Origin: Chiloscyllium plagiosum
Lineage: Eukaryota
Length of the DNA: 34,764 bases
Assembly (NCBI RefSeq): GCF_004010195.1
Contig: NW_025214675.1
Span: 13,916 to 48,679 of the forward strand
Direction of reading: 5' to 3'
In this document: piece after piece, positions 23,601 through 34,764 of the stretch
Position numbering within the stretch: the stretch's first letter is position 1
Layout of the letters: each line of letters opens with the position of its first letter
The notes under the pieces: model-generated
Seen by the model: the letters and a program-made list of their open reading frames with translations, nothing else
What the model was told of the DNA's origin: nothing
The model's database searches: none
Program-made: the position numbers and the translations under genes

Positions 23601-26600
23601 GTTGAACGACCATTTCCTCAATGAGACAAGAAAACTAGTCCATTGTTTGTTCTTTCTCTCACTTGCCTCAAAAGAACAACATATTCAAATCTGCAAGATC
23701 TCTCATTGAAAACAGGACCAACCTTCAAAAAGGAGAACAGCTTGATGGCCCTGATCTTGGGGACCCCAGTGACAGTGGGGATGCCAACTGAAACACTAGG
23801 TTTTGTTTGATTGATATTTGGCAGTTACTGGAAAAACAGTTCAGGTACATGAGTGACAGACAGCATTGCAAGGCTGACAATGTGGGTTGGAAGTGCAATT
23901 GTGGCAAACTGTGACAGAGTTGCAACCTTTATCTTTATAGATCTGTTGAAATGAACCATTGAAAGGAATAGTGCTATAAGAATAAAGGGAGAGATTTCAA
24001 GAAGTTGGTCATGAGACAAAGATCCAATTGTTGCCAGGATGCTGTGTTTGGAAATGTCAGGCAACAGAAAAGCAAAAGTCAGAGCATGTAAGAGCACAAT
24101 ATAAACACATTTGTTAATTATCTTTCTCTCGAGTGTCTCCAAAAATACCAATTCTGACAAAGAAAGACAATTCACAAGAAGAAATTCTGGAGCACACTGT
24201 CAGAACACTTCCTTGAACGGATTTCACCACTCTCTGAAAGCATCTGAAGCAGGTTCATTTCACAGAACACGTGGGTTACAAATCTTATTTGAAGCTGTTC
24301 TTCTAGCTCTGGCAGTGAGTGTATTATTCGTCATTGCTCATGCTTTAAATTCTCAAATCCATGTTCAAGATTTTGGGCATTTAGTTTATTAATATTGCAC
24401 CTATTTTGTATCATGTGACTAATATATTAACCTGCTCACCGCATCTTTCGTGAGCATCAATATGCTGTTGGACAACATTGCATTAGATCATGATTCCACA
24501 GACTTCAAAACACCAGCCCTCAAAAGGGAAGAAATTCTGATGCATTTTTCTGAATTTAAGATGCTACCCAGTATCCATGATAGCTTCAGTTGAAAGTCAG
24601 GCCAGAGATAGTTCTTGCATTTGACCAGGGAGGAAGTCTGTTCTGATTCATACTAGGAAAAGTTCTTGCTTAAACCTAGGGTGGCATCCACCTCCAGTTT
24701 CCTTTCTCTCAAACATAAATGTATTCTGAGACACTAGAATCTCTAACATATTCACATTGTAGTGACAGCTGTTCAAAAATATAATCTCCTTAATGTGGTT
24801 CTGAGTTTTGAGGCTTGATATAATTTAGTTAACTGTGAGAGTAAAAATTCTATTTCATATGTTGTCACTGTATCATTTCGGGGGATAGGGTGGTGGTGAA
24901 ATCCAGCCAAAGCAAATCAGAGATTCTATGATTCTAACCACTGCAACCAGATGGTTCTTATACATCATACATCCCTATGCATCAATGATCTTCCATTTGA
25001 TGTTGAAATGGAAGCAGTTCTGATATCGACCTACTGTTAATCAAATTTCACAGCAATCTTATAACTCCATTCAAAACCACTTAGTTTGTAAACTGCCATT
25101 TTAGACTTGAGAGCTACTCAAACATGATGCAACAGTAAAAGAAACCCACAATCATATTATTGCAGCCTCTTATACACTACTCAACTCTCATTGACCTTGG
25201 ACTAATTTTCTTTGCCAAACTGACAAATCTTGTAGACAAGAGAAAATAGTAAAATCTTGAATAATGGTGACCCAAGATTCAGAGGAAATAAAGATACAAT
25301 TTTTCTGTTAATGTATTATGAAGCAAAATGCAAACTTATGACTCCATGGGGAAATTAACCTTTTTTTAAAAAAGTAGAACAGTTCTAAAACACTGTTGTA
25401 AAAGTTACTGGTCATCAGTGAGAAGTTTCTGTGCATGCACATCATTTCACAATATTGGAAGACCAGCCCAATTTCTGGATTTGAAAATGAACCCGAAACT
25501 ACAATGGTTCAGTAACTTTTGCACCAAGTACTGTCATGTTTAAATAATAATATGAATTCTACATTAAGAGTAATTTATATGGAAGCTTTATTTAATGCTA
25601 AAACTGACTAAATACAAACCTGAAACTTTGTGATCTTTTCCCTTTTGACAAGTTTATGGACCTACTGCCTATTTGTAGCAGGGAGACTCTCCCTGCACAT
25701 TACCCTCTGCTCAGTTTATGCTTTCATTTTATGGATGAACAAATAGCTGCCTCAGCGATGGCTACCGGTTGTCCTTAAAATCAGCCTCATTTCTGGCTTG
25801 GTCCCAAGTCATTTCTTCCCACAAAGACCACAGCAAATTGAAATACAATGTGACTCATGGTCAAATAGGTGCTTTGCATATCGCAACAGCGCATGCACGT
25901 GTTTCAATATCAGTGGATTTTTAGGACCTGGATGTCATTGCAACATTGGGATTCCAATGTAGGAATGAAAACCCAGCCATCAGCACGGTCTCAATGTCTG
26001 CAGATATTGCTGTTAATTCAGGAAGGCAATACATTTATTCACTAATGTCATCCACTGGAAATCAGAGACTGTCAGCATTTCATGACAGTGGAACTTTTAT
26101 TACTGGGAAACAGCTGACAGGACACTTTTCATGTTCAATTATTCAAGCAGACTATCTTAACAGCAAGCTGTCCACTTCCTTAAAAAATACTCATGGTATA
26201 TTACACTACAAACACCTTTTCAATTAGATCAATGATCACATCAAATCCAAAGTTATAACAATTGATATGCTGCAAAAGATTATGACACACTAATAATCAA
26301 AGGAGCACGGCATCAGATTTTAGGACTGGGTTAAGACTGCTTTGCTTGTACACAATTAAAATATGTTGTAGCAAGAAATTTGGGAAGTTAAGCTAGTAAT
26401 CTGGATAAGAAAGCATATACCCAAGTAAAGCAAACTTCAATAATTAAATTAAGAAATTGATCTACAGTTTCCTTTATCCAAGAATAGATTACTTTTGATC
26501 TAAAACATTTCTTAAATACTCAATTATAATAGCAGCTTTCTAATATGCAAACTCTTAATGTGTTTATGATTTATATTATCATGTGAGCAATTGGGGGAGT

Positions 26601-27069
26601 AAGAATTTTATTTTCTTCATTGTCAAAACATGGCTTCGGGGGCTAATTATTAGACTACTCAAGTCAAACCCAATCTGAACATTTGTGATCAGATTTTCCT
26701 GTAAGATGTGCAGTTGTCTCCTGTAAATGTACAATCTTTTGCTTGCATGTTGACAAAATGGAAATGTGCTAAATCACAGGAGTAGAATTTCACAACAGTC
26801 TTGAAAATGCACAGACTGCCACGATTTGACCTGTGTTTAGAATAAGTTGGATGAAAAGCTTATGTTGAAAGATCAATTAATAGTTACTGAACAGAAATAT
26901 TAATTAATTCTTGCTGCATCAGAATTGATATACCATTTAGAAAAAGAATAGAAAAACATCAAAACCACAGCGTGAGAAATTGTGTTATCAACATTTGTGC
27001 ATGGACCATTAGAACTACTAGTCTGGAACAAACATGGTAACAATTTGTTTGAAAGTGAATCGCTCACTA

Positions 27070-28260
27070 CAGAGGCAGCAGCATAGAGATAATGTCACTG
27101 GAATAGTAATTCAGACGCCCAAGCTAATCACAAAGACTCAAATTCCATCAAGATATTTGGTAGGATTTAAATTTAGAAATATGGAATTAAAAGCTCCCCT
27201 CATACAACCATAAAACCAATATCGATGGTCATCTGGTTTACTAATTTTCTTTAGGGATGTTCACTAATGTCCTGACCAAGTCTGGTCCACATATGACTCT
27301 TCCAGACCAACTCATTGCAAAGTTGAAAAAAAAGGCATGAAATCAGACAGACCACCTGGCATCGGCCTAGGCATTGAAAATAACAACAGCAAACCCAGTT
27401 CTGTCGAAAGTCCTCCTTACTGATTTTGGGAACAAGTGGAGGCTGGTGACAAAACTGGGACAGCTGTCCCACAGAATTGGCAAGCCTGACAGTTCTTTTC
27501 ATCAAAATCAGACAATGTCGAAGTTATTCTGATTGGGGACTTCAAACTCTATCACCTAATGGCTCAGGTAACATCACTAGTTTGCTAAAGAATATAGCTG
27601 ATAAACTGTGCCTATGGCAATTAGTGAGAACACCAATGAGAGGGAGAAACATACTCGACCTCTCCTCGGCCAACCTACCTGCAGTTTATAGATTTATCTG
27701 TTTATGACAGTATCTGAAGGAATGATTACTGTACATTCCTCGTGGATGCAAAGTCCTATCTTCACATTGAAGATGCCTTCACGTGTTGTGTGACACCATA
27801 ATTGCGTTAAATTGGATAGATTTCAAGCAGATCGAACAACTCAAAACTGGGCATTAATGAGGTGTCGTGGGCCGTCGGCCGTCCACAATAGCAGAACTTT
27901 ATTCATTCATTTGTGGTCTGATCTATCCCACATTATCTCAAGCCAGGGGATCGAGTTTGGATCAGTGAAGATTGTTGGACAGCATGGCAGGAGTAGCATC
28001 AGGCAAGCCCAACAATAAAGGTGTTAAACTGATGAAGCTACAACACAGGACAAAGTGCCAAATGTTGGAAGCATCATATGGTAGACAGAGCTGGATGATC
28101 CCACAAACAATGGACCAGACTTTAGCTCTGCAGTCCTGCCATACTCAGTCATGAATGGTAATGAACAATTCAAACACAAAGAGGAGGAAATAGAGGTAGC
28201 TCTTCCTCAATGATAAGGAAGTCCAGCACATCTTTACGAATGAGGAGTCTAAAGCATTTG
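27070..28260 (+). mobile_element. Degraded 5' part of an APE-type non-LTR retrotransposon with SINE-like head (clade undetermined)
   Basis: 27070-27310 resembles 3530-3770. It is followed by endonuclease remnants LVTKLGQLSHR, ILIGDF, QLVRTPMRGRNILDL and a degenerate SDH region. Confidence 0.7.
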
Positions 28261-31200
28261 CTCAGTTAGCAGGCTCAGGTTGCCCTTTATAAGGAAGGTA
28301 ATAAGATCTGCAAAATTTAATTATCAATGCAGAGGAGGTTAAATGCTGATCATTCACATCTGGTCTGACCATCTGTATAAATCTACACAGATGTTACCTA
28401 TTGCAAAGCAGAACTACTGTTGAGCAAGAGGAGTTTTAATTTGAGTTATATTTTATTCATTCCAAACTGAATTAGATCAATGTAGACAGCAGTTTATGTC
28501 TTTGGCATTTTGCAAAAAAAGTACTTTTCTTTGTCTGTTTGAAATAGAGATGGTTAAATAGTAATATTTGGAACTTGCTGTATAACTGCCTTATGGAGCA
28601 ACTGTAATCAGGTCTGTAATGGACATTGAGAGATTGTTGCTTGAATGAGTAGAGAGATCTCAAAGGAAGTTATAGAGATAGGAAAGTACTAGCCAAACAG
28701 ATGAGTCAATCACAACCATGCTGGCATTTCAATTTGCTGAAACACTATGTTATATGAATGTTCTTCTGTAGGCATTATCCCTAAACTGGATTTAAGTGGA
28801 TCTGGGAAATGTTATACATTTTGCATTTTTTTGACCTCTCCCAGTGTTGCAGGTGGTGATGGTGCGACAAAATCCACAGCATAAAGGAAGGCATATCTCC
28901 TCATTTTTAAAACTAAAATGAAGAGAACAAATCCATTGTTTCCTTCTAAAAGTAAATGGTGAACAGTAATTGTGAGGGAACTGATGTCATTGACACCAAT
29001 GGCCATTTCACATTGCACATGGTGTTAAAACCACCTTCATTAGCAGTATTATATAACCAATGCGGCTGCTTCCAGCATGATTGCTGATTCCCCATCTCAG
29101 CTGTACATCCCCCTCCACCCATCATTACCCACAAATGTATTTGAGGTCATTAGGCATCTCAGGGTAGCAACTAGAAGTTACAGCTTCCTGATCCTATCTT
29201 AATGAAGCCAAGAACCAATTTGCTGGGCTTACTGATCACTTAATGGAACTAATTTCAAGGCCTTTACCACTCTCATATGGTATGACACTATCTTGAACTT
29301 GCAGTTATTAGAGGTCATTAACAATATGCTGGTTTCTTTAATCCATACTAATGCATTTTTGGGATTCAAAATTCAAGTAGTTTCAATGGCTTTCTAACAA
29401 ATGCTGAACAAAGTATCAATAAGAGCTCAAAAGATAAATCAGGAATCTAGATATTTATAGGAAGGCAGAGAGGTTGACAATCAAAACAAAAATGGGCAGA
29501 AGACATAGGGATGTCCTGTCAGTTTTAACAGTAGGATCGCATTTGAAGCTTAAGGCTTTTCTCCCACTTGGCAGTCGACCAGAAGGACAGCTTTATCAGC
29601 AAATGAGAAAACTCACAAATGACAGGACAGTTCCCAGCATTCAGGTGGTGATGGGAGAAAAAGAATTGGCACTTGGATGGGGAAAAGTTGGCACTCCAAT
29701 GTGGTCTGCAGTCAGGAAAGCTGGGAGGAGTCTGAAGTTGGAGGCCAGGTTGAGTTGGAGGACATACTGCTCCTTCTGGCCACAGTGCTGAGAAAGCCAC
29801 TTATCTTGGAGAGTGCCTCAGTTTCCAGCTCTCTCGTCCTGTGGGAGCCTAACTCAGCAAGCGTTAATTCCAAATCAGGGTCCCATATGGACCTGTTTTT
29901 CCAAGGACATGGCACCATGATATTCACCAGTGTAACAATCAAATTGGGTACTTGTGTGGCTATTTGGGAATCACTGTGTGGCACCTTGCTTTTTATCTCT
30001 TCACCCCCAAACTCTCCGCCATCTTGGGGAATTAACATCTAGGCTGATGTCTTTATATGCAAGAATGGGTTAATTTAGTTGCAGGAGAAATGAGAGAAGA
30101 AATGGGGAAAGAGAAAACTTTATACTGCACATTTTACAACCTCAAGGTATTCAATACATATTATATCCAGTGGAGTACTTTATGAAATGTAATCATGTTG
30201 AGATATGTAGCAGTCAATTTTAGCCAAGGCATGGGCAGAAATCTGTATTTCTTGATTTGAGCCAAGGTATCTTGTACTCTCACCTAAGAGAACCTACACA
30301 GTGGTACATTAATATTTCATCAAAAAAGATGGTTCACAAATAGTTGTTTGGTAGCAGAAAACTTGAGTTTTGCTGAACAAAGACACATTTTATTGAAACT
30401 TTTTACTTTTTGCTCATCAGGACAATTTGCAAGAATAGAAATAAAGAGAAAATCCAACATTTCCACTTAATGAGGGAAGAATGTGGATTGGTTGGCAAGT
30501 GGACTCTGCTTGCTAGAGGTATTGCCATGGAGAATGCATGGCTCACTGCATCCATCTATGTACAAGTATGTACGACACACAAAAGTGATATTTCTTTACG
30601 TACTCTCCTATCTATGACTGATTCTGCACAACACGAGCTGGCCAAACATTTGGCTAAATTTGCGCAAGTTTTTCACTTACAGTGAAGAATTCTTTCGTAC
30701 TTGTGCAAATTTTGTTGGACTTGCATCTCAATAGCAGTGCAGCATCCATGTTTTTGTTTGACATTGCTAGTCCATCCAACAATATACCACTCAAAGAAGC
30801 AAAACGTATCTGCACTGCGGAATTATATCATAGTGATCTAGACCTGTCACAATTAAGAGAATCAGAAATTATTGAACTTGAGAACTCAACATCTTGCGTA
30901 GCTTGGTTCAGTTTCAACAACGTGATTTCTGGTCAAAAATGGTTTTTACAGAATTTCCACTTGGCCCAGCTCTTGCAAACATCTGTGTTGGATTTCATGA
31001 GAAATTTGCATTGGACAGAATGCTACCTAACTCTTATCCCTTGCATTTTTCCAATATCTTGGTGATATGTTTACTACATTTGAATCCACAGCTACATACA
31101 AGAATTTCGTTACGTATCTTAATGGGCTCCAAACTGTGCTCAAAATCATGCTTAAAATGTATCAGTACCCTTTCCTTGTTGTCCTATGTGAAAAACCAGT

Positions 31201-31498
31201 GAAGTGATTCACTGTGGCTTTATACTGCAAACCTACCCTTTCTGATCATTATACATATTGGGATTCTTAGAGTTCCACATGTCATAAGACTGGCTGTTTC
31301 ATGCTACTAATCTGCAGTAGCAACGTGTGGTGTTTGCCACTAACACGATGCTACTGTCAAGTCAAAAGGATGCTCTGTTAATCATCTAAAAAAGTTAATT
31401 GTTATATGAATTTGACTGCCTCAGTGATGCCAGGAAGAGAGGCCATTTGTCCCAAAGACCGACAGATCATATGAAATATCGTATGCATTTGATTGGCT

Positions 31499-31820
31499 GG
31501 TGTCACGGTATCTCAGGGGTTAGCACTGCTGCCTCACAGCCCTAAAGACCTGGGTTTAATTCCAGACTTGAGTGACTGTCTGTGTGGTGGGCCTCTACTG
31601 GTTGATCTGGTTTCTTCCCAAATTCTAAAGATGTGCAGCTTTGGTAGATTGACCATGCTAAATTGCCCTGTAATGTATAGGCTAGGTGGGTTAGCACTGG
31701 CAAATGGGGAGTTGAAGGGATAGACCAGGGGGCTGGGTGTGGATGGGATGCTCTTCAGAGGGTTGGTGCACACAATGGGCTGAATGACCTTATCCCACAT
31801 GTAGGGAGCCTATGGTTCTA
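31499..31820 (+). mobile_element. HE1-type V-SINE, diverged, inserted in the Penelope endonuclease region
   Basis: ggttagcactgctgcctcacagc...gggtttaattcc...gtgactgtctgtgtgg...ccatgctaaattgccc...atgggctgaatgacct. Confidence 0.85.
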
Positions 31821-32027
31821 CGGCAACAAGCACGGTATGCTCAACCGCCCTGTACTTGCACAAAACGCAACAGTGTTAAACATTACATGTGATTCTGCAA
31901 CTGGACAACATTTGCTGGATAATTTTGAATGTGCAAAATTATCTCCCGTTGAGGATTGTCAATCAGACTGGCAGTATGGAGAACCTACATATACTGGAAG
32001 GTGCATATATTAATATAAAGGATCCTG

Positions 32028-32311
32028 CTGTGGTTCTGTTCGCCGAGCTGGAAGTTTTTGTTGCAAATGTTTCGTCCCCTGTCTAGGTGACATCCTCAGT
32101 GCTTGGGAGCCTCCTGTGAAACCCAAGCACTGAGGATGTCACCTAGACAGGGGACGAAACGTTTGCAACAAAAACTTCCAGCTCGGCGAACAGAACCACA
32201 GCAACGAGCACCCGAGCTACAAATCTTCTCACAAACTTTGAACACCTACGGGCGAGAGATGCTACGACAAGCCAGGAAATAGGAATCCTGCGCTAACCAC
32301 CTCAGCGCCAC
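32028..32311. mobile_element. Young 284-bp Penelope-terminus insert with 15-bp TSD and 82-bp inverted repeat
   Basis: TSD atataaaggatcctg at 32013-32027 and 32312-32326. Arms 32026-32107 and 32122-32203 differ at one position, with a 14-nt spacer. Confidence 0.93.
32127..32166 (+). ncRNA. Minimal hammerhead-ribozyme-like motif (mirror copy on the minus strand at 32063-32102)
   Basis: GCA, CUGAGGA (32130-32136), extra U, stem II GUCACCU/AGGGGAC (6 of 7 bp, AGAC loop), GAAAC (32156-32160), GUU, UGC. Stem I is GCA/UGC; palindrome AAACGUUU. Confidence 0.65.
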
Positions 32312-32995
32312 ATATAAAGGATCCTGTTATTTCAAAAGGAAAGTACATTTGCATGCACTTCACCTATTCCAGTGCAACAAAACTGATGGCAGCCATTAGC
32401 TCATTCACTACCTGGAGTAATTACCCAACAAATCAAAGTCAAACCTGCCTGTTTGAAGTCTAAACAAAGCCTGGAAGTTACTTGTCAATCCTCATTAGCA
32501 GCATTCTCTAAAGCACTGTCTCAACCAGTCAGAGCCAGATTACAAAAATAATTCATTATTTCCTCTCATAAATGTTGATTTTCATCTTTACTGGTATTCT
32601 TGTGAATTGACCCAAAGAAAAGCTTCAACAAAAATGTCTTTTCTTCAGCAACATATATGATTCCTGTTACACTGTCGTGTTTCCCTCAAAATAAACTAGA
32701 AAATTAACAAACAGTGTTTTTTTGCTGGAAAACAAACAGCGTGAACACGATCAGTAAGAAGCAGCCAGTTCAAAATGTGCTGGACTTCCTTGAAAGGAGT
32801 TCCAATTTTGCATTTTGATGATAGCGTCATTTGCAATTTAAATCTATCCAAATGATGACTATCATCATTTTAAAAAGAATGATTACGAAGCTACTGCCGG
32901 ATCTCTGCCAATCTTTCTTCTTTAGACCCAAATAACTAAGCAGATTGTACAGAGTTGAGCTCTGCCATCAACCTACAGGCTGACCTGTTTCCTAG

Positions 32996-33009
32996 GCAGC
33001 AGATGGTGC
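32996..33009 (+). promoter_or_regulatory. Candidate CTCF site
   Basis: GCAGCAGATGGTGC matches 12 of 14 positions of CCASYAGRKGGCRS. Motif match only. Confidence 0.3.
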
Positions 33010-33384
33010 AGGGATAAATTCTGCAAACCCCTCATCACACCTCATGGATATTCTTATCAAATACAGCACAAGGAGATGTTGGATTGACTGGGTTGTGTGA
33101 GATAATATGCTTATTTATTTTTAAATGTGAATGAAATGAATCTGCATAATAAGATCTCTGCCTATTTAGACATTTTAATGTACTTGTATACAAAACTAAA
33201 ACGTAAACCTTTAAAGATTTCTATTAATGTAGAAAACAACATTTTTTAGACAGGTTTAACTGGATGGAATTTATTTATGTCTTATTTATAATTTTGAGCA
33301 GCTGCCTGTTCTGACACGTTCATGACTAAAATTTTTATTACCACAGAAACCTTCAGCCATCAAAGTCTCACTTTCAATTTGCTG

Positions 33385-33479
33385 TATTTACTTACTCACA
33401 GGATGAGGCCATCGTTGGCTAGGCCAGCACTTACTGTCCATCCTTAATTGCCCAGAGGGCAGTTAAGAGTCAACCACAA
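33385..33479 (-). mobile_element. 3' fragment of the SINE family at 3530-3870
   Basis: Reverse complement reads tgtggttgactcttaactgccctctgggcaattaaggatggacagtaagtgctggcctagccaacg. Confidence 0.75.
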
Positions 33480-34764
33480 TTTCATCTATATTTTGTTTTA
33501 ATTTAGTCCTACACCTTAATAGTAAATTGAAAGACAGATTTGGGGTTTGTAGAGAATTTAAAAAGTCAACCACAGCCCCCATTTCACAAATTCTAGAAAA
33601 GAATTTCAGCATAAACAATACTCAAGTCACACATCACCTCAGTATCTGCAATTCTCATTAAGTTAAGCATCACACATTTTGAAGCTGTAACCTAAGATTT
33701 CTGCCACTTTCAACATCTGTAAACCCCTCAAAGGACAGGGTTCACATGAAGAAGACATACGTACAGAGAGTTATGAAATGGGATTAAAACATGCTAGAAG
33801 ACCTTCTGACATAAAACAGAATGCTATGAGATACTCAGAAATACTACTTCATCTAAAAGTGCATCAGATAAAATCTTGAAAGTAGACTCAATGAGCTCTG
33901 AAACATGTATGTTAAAGAGGACATTTTCTTGTGAGCGAAATCAGTTATTATTGGACTTTAGGCAGTAGGATATGGTCACCAAAAAAAAGTCTGTGTAGTT
34001 AATGTGCAGCTTTCTTTTAAAGATATATTAATCCGCGTACAAACATTGCCAGTCATTTTGTACTGAAGTCTTCATTATGCCAAACCCAGTATATGACAGT
34101 GTCACTGAAAGCAGAATCTGATATCAGACTGTTTGCCAGCAGATATCATTATTTTTTGGGAGTTAAAGAAGGGGCAATCTGATGAAGCATGAAACAACAT
34201 TTAACTTGTGTTACTAACTTTAATCAAATTAGCACAATCCATAAAAAACGTTAACCTTTCCTATCTCTCACCTTCAGGCCTCCTAACACATTCATCATTC
34301 CCCTCATTCATTTTGTTAAAGCTTTTGGAATAGCGATTACCCCCTGATGTGTCCGATATTAGGGTCCCTTCAAACAACAGTCTTTTGATTTGATTAGGGG
34401 CTTCTTGGGCTTTGTCAAAATATAATCCTTCAGAACAAGGTTTAACCCTTTAGCCTGAGCTTCATTCTTCAGACATTAAAAAAAAGCATCGACTAAACTT
34501 CAATTCTCTCTGAACAATGCCACTGAATCAATCATTGTCAAAGTAAAATATCACAAGAATCTATTCATTCATGACTATTTGCAACAACCTTTGATTGGAT
34601 TTTTGAATGTAGTCTCTTCTACCTTAAAATATTATAACACACCTAAATTTGTATCAAAATTGTATCTATTTGAGAAATAAAATTATGATAATCTAGTTGA
34701 ATTAATAACTGGTGCTTGCTACTGCATCTCCTGACATCATACAAAATAGCATTTCTCTTCTTGG

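Larger units (their letters stand above)
30361..32655 (+). mobile_element. Old Penelope-like element (RT plus GIY-YIG) with inverted 5' copy of its 3' end, interrupted by two younger inserts
   Basis: RT remnants FDIASPSNNIPL, FSFNN and PLGPALANICVGFHE. EN remnants LYEFDCLSDARKRGHLSQRPTDHMK, CDSATGQHLLDN and ILEGAYINIKDP. 30361-30540 is an imperfect reverse complement of about 32500-32655. Confidence 0.85.

Noticed and set aside
29474..29800. ORFs containing MAFS (minus) and WSAVR (plus), resembling the TACC1 N-terminus
   Set aside because: The two motifs lie on opposite strands, no suitable donor was found, and the region looks like a decayed L2-type remnant. Treated as coincidence.
32026..32203. 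Hairpin as a conserved pre-miRNA or CRISPR-like repeat
   Set aside because: It is TSD-flanked and transposon-derived, near-perfect rather than bulged like a miRNA precursor, and the context is eukaryotic with no spacer array.

Overview
Eukaryotic, AT-rich, repeat-dense vertebrate DNA, almost certainly from a shark (HE1-type SINEs, CR1 and Penelope repeats). It is an internal part of the TACC2 gene on the minus strand. Two coding exons are supported: 22091-21964 (128 bp, SSDSEGAFETPE motif, missed by the ORF track) and 6445-5143 (1303 bp). They splice in frame across a 15.5-kb intron. The rest is intronic: CR1 and L2 LINE fragments, tRNA-derived SINEs, a Tigger-like MITE, several Penelope-like element (PLE) remnants and a 461-N assembly gap. 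The most interesting non-coding signals are (i) small TSD-flanked PLE-derived inserts with minimal hammerhead-ribozyme cores: a 95-bp insert at 20278-20372, and a 284-bp insert at 32028-32311 holding an 82-bp inverted repeat and nested in an older Penelope; (ii) a perfect 92-bp local templated copy replacing part of a CR1; (iii) an apparent in-frame CR1 ORF1/ORF2-tail deletion fusion; and (iv) a LINE sharing its 5' head with a SINE. Family assignments come from recalled consensus motifs, not database searches. No wholly new biological system is demonstrated; the ribozyme mini-inserts are the best candidates for follow-up.
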